The notes under the pieces were generated by a model, which worked only from the letters and a program-made list of their open reading frames with translations, did no database searches and was not told where the DNA came from. This document shows, one piece after another, positions 26,860-34,757 of a DNA stretch of 46,039 nucleotides (position 1 is the stretch's first letter; each line of letters opens with the position of its first letter). This DNA is from Candidatus Bathyarchaeia archaeon (GTDB lineage: Archaea > Thermoproteota > Bathyarchaeia > Bathyarchaeales > DTEX01). Both the position numbers and the translations under genes were made by a program. The DNA lies in NCBI GenBank assembly GCA_038826015.1, contig JAWBOR010000001.1, positions 1 through 46,039 of the forward strand, given 5' to 3'.

Positions 26860-27552
26860 ATGCATATTGAACGTGAAGTTTTAGTTTCTGTTTTGAAGAC
26901 GACTGCTACAGGTGAAGCATATATCGAGGACATCAGCAAAGAATCGCGAATCCCACATAGGCTAGTTAAAAAAATTTTAGTAGAAGATTCAAAAATTGGA
27001 ATAATCCAGATAAAAGGAAACTCAGTCGTGGTCAACGAAGAACAACGCTTGAAGACTGCACTTAAAGCCATAGAGCTAGGCGCCGATATTGAAAGGGTTT
27101 GCAGTTTCCTTAGCTGGAAAGAATTTGAAGACATATCCATTATAGCATTCGAGGCAAATGATTACGCTGTCAAGAAACATTTCCGCTTCAGCGAAAAGGG
27201 AAGAAAATGGGAAATCGATATACTCGGACTCAAAGAGCCGATTATTATTTCAACAGATTGTAAACATTGGCATCACGGTTGGAGAGAAGCCGCTGCTGTA
27301 AAAGCTGTTGAGAGCCAAGTTAAACGAACAAAAATTTTAGCAGAAGCATCCTCATCTTTGCGCGATAGGATAAACATAGCGGGATGGAGACATGGCTATT
27401 TCGTGCCGCTTGTTTTATCACTTATTCCTCCCGCGTTTAAGTTTTATGAGAGCACACCTGTTGTCCCAGTGTTACAACTCAGAAACTTCCTCCATGAATT
27501 GCCTGCCTATCTAAATGAGATTACTCATTACATAAAATCCTTCGAATTCTAA
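26860..27552 (+). CDS. wHTH + PD-(D/E)xK restriction-endonuclease-like (Mrr-cat-like) protein
   Basis: The N-terminal wHTH-like segment is EAYIEDISKESRIPHRLVKKIL. The nuclease core has SWKEFEDISIIAFEANDYAV, then WEIDILG, then IISTDCKHW (E...D...D-x-K layout). The ATG at 26860 is preferred over the TTG at 26851. Confidence 0.55.
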   Translation: MHIEREVLVSVLKTTATGEAYIEDISKESRIPHRLVKKILVEDSKIGIIQIKGNSVVVNEEQRLKTALKAIELGADIERVCSFLSWKEFEDISIIAFEANDYAVKKHFRFSEKGRKWEIDILGLKEPIIISTDCKHWHHGWREAAAVKAVESQVKRTKILAEASSSLRDRINIAGWRHGYFVPLVLSLIPPAFKFYESTPVVPVLQLRNFLHELPAYLNEITHYIKSFEF

Positions 27553-27866
27553 AGGCTTTTAAAATCAATGAAAAAAAGGACATAAATTAAGCCCATAAAT
27601 GAATTTTCTAAATCTTTGCATATTCTATTTTAATTATGGACTGTTAAGATGCCCAAAAATCTTTTTGAAATCTTCCATTGTCCGTAAACCAGGTAAAAAT
27701 TGAACTTCCACCCCGTGACTTCTCGCTTGCTCCTGCCACAAATAACCTTCTTTGCTATTGCACGCGAGTCTTTTTTAAATAGTTTAAGTGCTTAAAATGG
27801 CTACAACTTGTTTAAAAGTTTATAAATTTATGGGACATATTATTTATCCAAAAAGAGGCTTTAAAA

Positions 27867-28178
27867 ATGTCTCAGCTAAACGAAGAATTGATTAAGATAG
27901 TAAATTTGTCCATGCCTTTCCCGGCAGACGTGATATCCGCCTATTCTCGTTTAGATATGGTATTCACAAGCGGAGATTTAGCAAAAGAAGCAAGGATTCC
28001 AAGGTCTACAGCTAAATATTACATTCGAAAGATGCTTGACGCGCATATGATTTCCAAAGTGCCTTACAAAAAGAAGTATCAGAAATATGCGAATGCGCGA
28101 AACTTTTCAGAATGGCTTCTCGATCTTGTCAAACTTGCGATAAGACCCCTTGAAGAAAAAAGGAAAGGCGAAAAATAG
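27867..28178 (+). CDS. Small winged-helix DNA-binding protein
   Basis: The HTH segment is FTSGDLAKEARIPRSTAKYYIRKMLDAHMISKV. The gene ends in a TAG that is directly in frame with the following Hjc ORF. Confidence 0.55.
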   Translation: MSQLNEELIKIVNLSMPFPADVISAYSRLDMVFTSGDLAKEARIPRSTAKYYIRKMLDAHMISKVPYKKKYQKYANARNFSEWLLDLVKLAIRPLEEKRKGEK

Positions 28179-28646
28179 TTGTCCCTCAGAGAACTAGCAT
28201 TCAAAGCCAGACACAAAGATAAAATTAGCCGGGGCCATCATGGTCGAATTCTGACAGTAAAAGAAATTAAACGGATAAGGAAACGTGGGTATAGAGCGGA
28301 ACGAGAACTTGTAAATAAACTTCGCAGATTAGGCTTCAATTCTGTAAGAGTTCCAGTCTCTGCGCCTAGCTCTGAACCGTTGCCTGACGTCTTCGCAACT
28401 AAAGGTGCTTGTTTGATAGCTTTCGAAGTTAAAGCACCAAACGCGGAACGGGCATACTTTCATAGCGATCAGATCAAGAAGTTATTTGATTTTCTTAACA
28501 TGTTTGAAGCTTATAACATGAAATATGCTGTGATAGGTGCTAAGTTTCCGTATAGATGGGTCTTCAAACAGGTTGAAACAATAGAAGACTATGTCGTCCA
28601 AAAAGACGAAAAAAGCAACATCCGGTTAGACACAATTAAGAGCTAG
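28179..28646 (+). CDS. hjc: Holliday junction resolvase Hjc-family nuclease (with a basic N-terminal extension)
   Basis: RKRGYRAERELVNKLRRLGFNSVRVPVSA....PDVFATKGACLIAFEVKA reproduces the Hjc E...D...E-x-K catalytic layout. The only start candidate is the TTG immediately after the upstream TAG. Confidence 0.75.
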   Translation: MSLRELAFKARHKDKISRGHHGRILTVKEIKRIRKRGYRAERELVNKLRRLGFNSVRVPVSAPSSEPLPDVFATKGACLIAFEVKAPNAERAYFHSDQIKKLFDFLNMFEAYNMKYAVIGAKFPYRWVFKQVETIEDYVVQKDEKSNIRLDTIKS

Positions 28647-28987
28647 GGAAGACAGCATATCTCAACTGAGCTTTTGCGCCCCAAAATGAAAAAGAAAATG
28701 CAAGCTAAATCAAAGTTGCTAGTTGATAGTCATCGGTCACAGAAAACGATGGTGATTATCAACTTTCGTCGTGACTATACCCTTTTTTCCGTTCATGAAC
28801 AAGGAAGCGTAATTTTACAAAGGTTTTATGCCTCATTGAGTCCCATAAAGCATCGCTCATATTTTTATCTAACAGATTCTCTGGTGGGACAAAAACATCT
28901 TAAAGAGACGGATTTCTTGACCAAATGATGGATGATCCATATATTCATGAGGGCACCGAAAAACTTCGATTGCTTTAACGTTGAAAT

Positions 28988-29295
28988 ATGGATAAAAGGT
29001 TTTTACGTAATTGGTATTCGACTGTTGACGAAGAAAAACATTGAAAAACGTTTATCTCAGAAAGAGATGTGTCTGGTATTTCGTTAGGTCATAAAGTTAG
29101 AGATGGAAAAGCTGTCCTTTCGTCATAAAACCTGAATTTGTTGATGCTCTCGTATCCAACACTTTTTCTAGAGCAGAATTCTTGATTGGTGTGAATCTAA
29201 AGATGCCCGGCCATTTCGAAGAAAAGCATAAAAAACATATAAAAAAAGAATGGTTGTGTAAAGTGAATAAAGAAATATTTCAATCACTAACATAA
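28988..29295 (+). pseudogene. Possible decayed gene fragment (in-frame TGA plus a frameshift)
   Basis: Protein-like translation MDKRFLRNWYSTVDEEKH*KTFISERDVSGISLGHKVRDGKAVLSS* continues after a frame change as PFVIKPEFVDALVSNTFSRAEFLIGVNLKMPGHFEEKHKKHIKKEW.... No intact ORF of 60 aa or more exists on either strand between 28929 and 29503. Confidence 0.25.
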
Positions 29296-29503
29296 CCAAT
29301 TCTTACAGAAATGCTTTTTAGACTGGTAGTTTTCGCACATTTTTGCCTTGATTTATAAATAAATTAGACCAGTTAAGCCTAGCATAAAGAATAAAGAGAC
29401 GTAATTGGATACAAAAGCATCAACATTTCTCTTATATTCTGTCCATTTTTGTTAAACGCCATAGACGCCAAATCCGACTAAGATATCTGTAGGAAAAACA
29501 AAT

Positions 29504-30544
29504 CTACATCATGATCATAATTTTCATTGGGTTTCCGATCTTTTTGATTTGAGTTTCGAACCCTTCCATTATTCTGTCAAAGGGAAAACGGTGTGTGATG
29601 AAGGGCTTAACATTAACTTTTCCGGATGACACAGTCTTTATAGATGTTGGGTAAACATTCGCATATCTATGAACGCCGCGGATTTCGAGCTCGTTGCCTA
29701 TGATTTTTGCTAATGGAAACGGAACCTCAGCCGTTGGCCATCCTACTTGCACTATTCGTCCTCCACACTTAACAATATCAAGAGATTGTCTAATAGCAGA
29801 AATAGCGCCTGAGGCTTCAATGACAACATCAACCCCTTCGTTATCTGTAAGCTCCATAATTCTGTCAACAACATCTTCTTTAACAGAGTTTACGACAGCT
29901 TTTGCACCAGCCCGTTTCGCATAATCCAATCTATAATCAATGATGTCAGTTACATACGTTTCAAGTACGCCGTGCGCCTTAACTGCTTGAAGCGCCATCT
30001 GTCCGATTGGTCCAGCGCCTAAAATCGCTACAGAGTCGTGAACCGAAACTCTACCACGTTTTGCAGCCATCATCCCAACCGCTAAAGGTTCAATCATCGC
30101 GCCTTCCTCGTAAGACATATTATCTGGCATTGGATAAACATTCATCTCAGGCGCATAGGCATACTCTGCGAAAGCACCATCTACTGGCGGAGTTCCGTAA
30201 AACATAACGTTCTTACACAGATTGTATCTTCCGCTTCTGCAGTAATCGCATTTTCCACAAGTGAAACCAGGCTCTACAATTATTTTTTGTCCAACCTTGA
30301 CGCGAGTAACATTACGACCAATTTCTGCAGCTTCACCGGAGCATTCATGCCCTAAGATTAGTGGTTTCTCTACAATGAAGGAACCGATTCTACCTTCAAG
30401 ATAAAAATGGACATCTGAACCACAGATCCCGACACACTTCATTCTTATGAGAACATCGTTAGGACCAATTTGTGGAATATCAACCTCTTCAATTTGCATG
30501 TCTCCAGCTTTATGCAAAACTGCGGCTTTCATCTTTCCCCGCAT
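29504..30544 (-). CDS. Zinc-dependent alcohol/polyol dehydrogenase (MDR family; sorbitol or threonine dehydrogenase-like)
   Basis: Contains the catalytic zinc signature GHECSGEAAEIG, structural zinc cysteines CGKCDYCRSGRYNLC and the NAD motif GAGPIG. GAGGA lies 8 nt upstream of the ATG. Confidence 0.85.
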   Translation of the reverse strand: MRGKMKAAVLHKAGDMQIEEVDIPQIGPNDVLIRMKCVGICGSDVHFYLEGRIGSFIVEKPLILGHECSGEAAEIGRNVTRVKVGQKIIVEPGFTCGKCDYCRSGRYNLCKNVMFYGTPPVDGAFAEYAYAPEMNVYPMPDNMSYEEGAMIEPLAVGMMAAKRGRVSVHDSVAILGAGPIGQMALQAVKAHGVLETYVTDIIDYRLDYAKRAGAKAVVNSVKEDVVDRIMELTDNEGVDVVIEASGAISAIRQSLDIVKCGGRIVQVGWPTAEVPFPLAKIIGNELEIRGVHRYANVYPTSIKTVSSGKVNVKPFITHRFPFDRIMEGFETQIKKIGNPMKIMIMM

Positions 30545-30698
30545 ACTTATTTCCTCACACCATTTTTCTTTCAGTTACAAGATATGTTTTTGTGACAAAA
30601 CGTAAATTTATTAGATGTAAAACTAAAGCTAAGAGAAAAGCATCACATTTATATTTGCGGATGATGTTCTAAGGAATAGCTTTGCGTTGTGAAACTTA

Positions 30699-31349
30699 AT
30701 GAGACTATCTTTGTTTAGACCACGATTGCCGTTTCTTATATTCATTATAATTATTCTTGTTTCAAGCATTATCGGTTACGCAATTATCAATTCCAGCATC
30801 GCAACCCATACCAGTGTTCTGCGGGGAGACTACTTCAGATTAAAAACTGATTATTTGGAAGTAGACTTTCCTAAAAGCTGGTATTCGGGAAAAGCAGAGG
30901 ACATAAATCAAACCTTTGGGAACAGATACATCGTATATCTTGCACCTATCTATTTGCGGGCAGTTGTGTTTTTCAGAATCTACGATGAAAAGGCTACGCA
31001 AAGCTTCTCATATGAGCATAATATCACAAACATGTTTTCAATAAACTCCTTTGAAATCAACCAGCTATTCAATTCCGCTTTGGCTGAAAATATCAACGCC
31101 ACTCTCTCAATCATTGAGAATAGTACAATTACTGTTTCGACTCATGAAGCCAGCTACGTGGTCGTAGATATCAAAAATGGCCTAAAAGATAATGATGTCT
31201 ACTACAACTTGACAGGTATCTTCATCTCATTGATAAAACAAGGTAACAATGGAAAAATAATTAAACAAATCATATTTTATGGCGAAGAAAACGATTGGAA
31301 CCAAACTCGTGACACGTTCATGATTATACTAAATTCAATCAAAATATGA
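30699..31349 (+). CDS. Hypothetical N-terminally membrane-anchored (probably extracytoplasmic) protein
   Basis: A single N-terminal TM/signal anchor (LPFLIFIIIILVSSIIGYAII) is followed by an Asn-rich soluble domain with several N-x-S/T sequons. No family was recognised. Confidence 0.5.
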   Translation: MRLSLFRPRLPFLIFIIIILVSSIIGYAIINSSIATHTSVLRGDYFRLKTDYLEVDFPKSWYSGKAEDINQTFGNRYIVYLAPIYLRAVVFFRIYDEKATQSFSYEHNITNMFSINSFEINQLFNSALAENINATLSIIENSTITVSTHEASYVVVDIKNGLKDNDVYYNLTGIFISLIKQGNNGKIIKQIIFYGEENDWNQTRDTFMIILNSIKI

Positions 31350-31355
31350 GAAAAA

Positions 31356-31814
31356 ATGAAAAAAGATACATTTGATTTTTCCAAATTCGGATTCTTGCTT
31401 CACACAATAATAGGCGGTTTAGCCTGCTTACTTACTTCAACTATTCTTTATGTTGTTTTACAGGGCGGTGTGGCTTTTCTCGCTGCCCTTGACAGTTTAG
31501 GATTACTAGTTTTCGATGAATCAATATATGCATTGCAGTTACTCTTATTCGGACTCGTCTTTCTACCAAGCGGTTTCATTGGCGGCTTATATACTGGACA
31601 CAAGGTTAAAGAAAATCTTTACATAATTTTGGTATTGCCAGGGCTTATTAGCTTCATTTTGTTTATTTTTCTATTCAATGTCGATTTAATAGGCGGCATT
31701 ATGATACAGTTATCAGGGAATATACTTGGTTCTTACCTTGGCGGTTATACGATGAATTGGCCGCCGAAAAAAGATGTTGAAGAAAACAGAAAAAAATTGA
31801 TGGTTTCATCATAG
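31356..31814 (+). CDS. Hypothetical four-TM membrane protein
   Basis: The 152 aa product has four hydrophobic segments and starts 6 nt after the preceding gene. Confidence 0.5.
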   Translation: MKKDTFDFSKFGFLLHTIIGGLACLLTSTILYVVLQGGVAFLAALDSLGLLVFDESIYALQLLLFGLVFLPSGFIGGLYTGHKVKENLYIILVLPGLISFILFIFLFNVDLIGGIMIQLSGNILGSYLGGYTMNWPPKKDVEENRKKLMVSS

Positions 31815-33191
31815 CACTATGAGAATCGATAAGTCATTAACATTCGTCCCCGTCGGCCCTGTGTAAATGAGGTCGCCGATTTTTGAAAAGAAGGAGTAAG
31901 AATCATTATTTTTCAAATAATCTCTAGCATCTAATTTCATATCTTCAGAACGAAATATGCTGCCGCCATCAACGATAGCTCCTGCCGCATCCGTAGGTCC
32001 ATCAATCCCATCCGTGCTCACAGAAGCAATGACAACTTTCTCTATGCCCTTAATTTGTAGAGCCGCAGCAAGAGCAATCTCCTGGTTTCTCCCTCCTTTT
32101 CCTTTTCCTGTAACCGTCACAGTTGTTTCGCCGCCGATAACAACTCCGAGAGGTGGCGGTGAAGGATTGGAAGAAGTCACAATTTCTTTTGCAAGGGCAC
32201 TAAGAATCAACCCCACATTCTTAGCTTCTCCTTCTACGAAAGATGATAGAAACAATGCAGTTAAACCCAGTTTTTTCAGTTCGTCCATCGCCGATAAGCA
32301 AGCTAATCGATTGTTACCTATTACCATATTATGAACCTTGTCAAAAACGGGATTATCTCTTTTCGGAGTCTCCTGAATCAGCCCCTTTTCGCCGTCAGAG
32401 ATAACTTTTCGTACTGATTCTGGAATCTTGTGCCAAAGATCGTATTTTTTTAATACATATACGGCATCTCTAAATGTAGTTGAATCCGGCACTGTAGGCC
32501 CTGAAGCTATCACGTCTAAAGGATCGCCTACAACATCTGAGAGTAAGAGACTGATGATTGTGGCAGGATAGGCTTTTTCCGCGAGTTGCCCGCCTTTAAA
32601 CCCAGATATGTGCTTTCGAACAGTGTTCATTTCATTAATAGTGGCTCCAGACTTTAACAATAGCTCAGTAGTTTTTTGCTTATCAACGAGAGAAATTCCA
32701 TCTCGTGGAAGAGACATGAGACTTGAACCGCCGCCGGAGACAAGGCAGATAACCAAATCTTCTCTCTCTGCGCAACCAGCTAAACTCAATAATTTTTTGG
32801 AGCCTTCAACACTGCTCTCATCAGGGACAGGGTGACCAGCTTCGTGAAGCTTTATCCTTTTGGTCTGGTATTCACTCGCGGTTCCATGGGGAACCACTAC
32901 AAAACCAGCTTCTATTCGGTTTCCCAGAATCTTCTCCAAAGCTTCAGCCATGGAGCCGCTTGCTTTTCCACCGCCTATTACGTATATTCTCTTAAAGTTC
33001 TTTAAATCAAAGGTTTTACCGTTAATGTTAAGTATATTATTCTTCAGGTTAACCCTCGACTCAATTATCTTTTTCGGGTCAACGGCTTCTAAAGCCTTTT
33101 CAATTACTTCAAGGGCGATTTCTCTGGCTCTAAAACTCATCTGAGAGAAGGCGTGGCTTAATAGTTCTCCTTTGTTTTTGATCTTTGACAT
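31809..33191 (-). CDS. Glycerate 2-kinase / hydroxypyruvate reductase family (DUF4147 + MOFRL)
   Basis: Contains GGGKASGSMAEAL, LVSGGGSSL, GGETTVTVTGKGKGGRNQEIALAAA and STDGIDGPTDAAGA, which are characteristic MOFRL-family blocks. Confidence 0.85.
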   Translation of the reverse strand: MSKIKNKGELLSHAFSQMSFRAREIALEVIEKALEAVDPKKIIESRVNLKNNILNINGKTFDLKNFKRIYVIGGGKASGSMAEALEKILGNRIEAGFVVVPHGTASEYQTKRIKLHEAGHPVPDESSVEGSKKLLSLAGCAEREDLVICLVSGGGSSLMSLPRDGISLVDKQKTTELLLKSGATINEMNTVRKHISGFKGGQLAEKAYPATIISLLLSDVVGDPLDVIASGPTVPDSTTFRDAVYVLKKYDLWHKIPESVRKVISDGEKGLIQETPKRDNPVFDKVHNMVIGNNRLACLSAMDELKKLGLTALFLSSFVEGEAKNVGLILSALAKEIVTSSNPSPPPLGVVIGGETTVTVTGKGKGGRNQEIALAAALQIKGIEKVVIASVSTDGIDGPTDAAGAIVDGGSIFRSEDMKLDARDYLKNNDSYSFFSKIGDLIYTGPTGTNVNDLSILIVL

Positions 33192-33811
33192 ATATCAGCC
33201 TCCTTCCACTTCGTTCACATAAATAATTTGTTAATATATTTGACAGTTTATATTTTCATTCTAGAAAACACGTTAAAAAAATTTACAACAAGATTCAGTT
33301 CAGGGTCGCTTCTAAAAAAGGACATAAAAAATATCCTAAATCTTATTTTGTACTAAAGAGGGGCGAAAAATCCTTCTTTATGGTTTAAAATATTGACCAT
33401 TGAAAAGACTTCTTTTTTGAAACATCTTCTCCATGAAATAATCATTGCTAAATTAAAACGCGTCTCTAAACAAGGGGGCGGTTTGGACGGAAATTTTGGG
33501 ATTTTATTTTGCATCTGGTTTTCTTAGGACAATAAATATATCCTTTGAAAAAATAAATGGACATACATTTTATATCAATGAAATGGACCAATTTTGTGTC
33601 ATATTAGCTACGTAACTGCATAAAATTAGCGTACATGAAACATATTTCATTCATGTGTAACCGTTTTCCAGTTAAGAAAAAGGGTGAGGGCAACACGAGA
33701 AAGTTTTATATCAAATTAGTAAATCGGCGTTGAGACCACATATCCTAATTTGTTTTTCATAACCTTAGCGTAATTATTACAGTATTCATCATAAAGTTCT
33801 TATTTGAGCGT

Positions 33812-34756
33812 TTGTTTATAATTCTAAATTCCATGAAACCAATTGGTCTGGTTTTTGGAGATAGGCTGATGCTTGTCAAGACATTGAAGACGGAATCTGA
33901 AAACAAATTTGTCATTGAGAGGATTATGTATACTAGGCGTTACTCTCTAGCTCTAGATAAAGAAAAATGTGTTGGGTGTGAAATCTGTAAAATCGTTTGT
34001 CCATGGGAAGCTATCGAAATTATTAAACCAATTAAAATAGAGGGGAAGAAACTGAGCCGCCCACAGATTACGATTGATGAGAAAAAATGCGAATACTGTG
34101 GTATATGCAACGTAATGTGTCCGTTTGGTGCACTGACCCTTAAAGTTAACAACAAAGAGTATATTCCAGTCTTAAAAACAGAGAGCTTTCCTCAGATAAT
34201 TCATGAAATCACGATTGACGAAACAAAATGCCCAATTGATTGTAACATATGCGAACAATCTTGCCCATTTAATCTAATTAAAGTGAGCACAGAAAAGATA
34301 GACAATTTCTCAGCCAGGGTCAAAGTGAGTGTAGACAAAGAACACTGTCCAGGCTGTCGTTTATGTGAAGTTAAGTGTCCACACGGCGCAATTCATGTTA
34401 GGAAAACTATTCTAGGCTCAATTAAAATAAACCTGGAAAAATGTCCTGAGAACTGCCATGACTGCAAAGATGTTTGTCCAATTCCTGGTGTTTTAATTGA
34501 GCTAGCGGATTCTAAGGTTCATGCTAATGATTCATTTTGCGTTTACTGTGGCGCTTGTAAAATTGCGTGCCCTGTTGAAGGAGCTTTATTAATTGATAGA
34601 ACTTCCATACATCACACTTCAGTTCGTTCCGGTGCATGGAATAAAGCACTTGAAAAGTTGTCTTCAACAAAAGATATAGCCAAGGAGCTTCGGAGCAAAT
34701 CTGTAATGAGGACTAAAAACTCTGTTGAGAGGCTTCAAGGTTGGAGGGCGACTTAA
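33812..34756 (+). CDS. Polyferredoxin with six CxxCxxCxxxCP [4Fe-4S] motifs
   Basis: The six motifs are CVGCEICKIVCP, CEYCGICNVMCP, CPIDCNICEQSCP, CPGCRLCEVKCP, CPENCHDCKDVCP and CVYCGACKIACP. The start is uncertain among TTG 33812, ATG 33834 and a later ATG. Confidence 0.8.
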   Translation: MFIILNSMKPIGLVFGDRLMLVKTLKTESENKFVIERIMYTRRYSLALDKEKCVGCEICKIVCPWEAIEIIKPIKIEGKKLSRPQITIDEKKCEYCGICNVMCPFGALTLKVNNKEYIPVLKTESFPQIIHEITIDETKCPIDCNICEQSCPFNLIKVSTEKIDNFSARVKVSVDKEHCPGCRLCEVKCPHGAIHVRKTILGSIKINLEKCPENCHDCKDVCPIPGVLIELADSKVHANDSFCVYCGACKIACPVEGALLIDRTSIHHTSVRSGAWNKALEKLSSTKDIAKELRSKSVMRTKNSVERLQGWRAT

Positions 34757-34757
34757 A

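Noticed and set aside
27690-27775. Short minus-strand frame (…CNSKEGYLWQEQARSHGVEVQFLPGLRTMEDFKKIFGHLNSP*) that vaguely recalls the start of a glutaredoxin/ArsC-like protein.
   Set aside because: It is only about 45 codons, lacks a proper start codon and the similarity is impressionistic. It is noted only as a possible remnant within the spacer finding.
28176-28178. The possibility that TAG is genome-wide recoded (for example as pyrrolysine), which would explain the in-frame TAG between the wHTH and Hjc ORFs.
   Set aside because: TAG terminates several well-delimited genes in this window at positions consistent with full-length homologues, including the adenosine-kinase-like gene at 398-400, the ABC ATPase at 1208-1210, the epimerase at 18026-18028 and the kleisin-like gene at 23419-23421. 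No pyl genes are visible here.
28674-28928. 84-aa plus-strand ORF downstream of hjc.
   Set aside because: It has an odd, basic, low-complexity start (MRPKMKKKMQAK), no recognisable domain and no SD-like element, and it sits in a region with other broken frames. It is treated as part of the decayed segment rather than as a gene.
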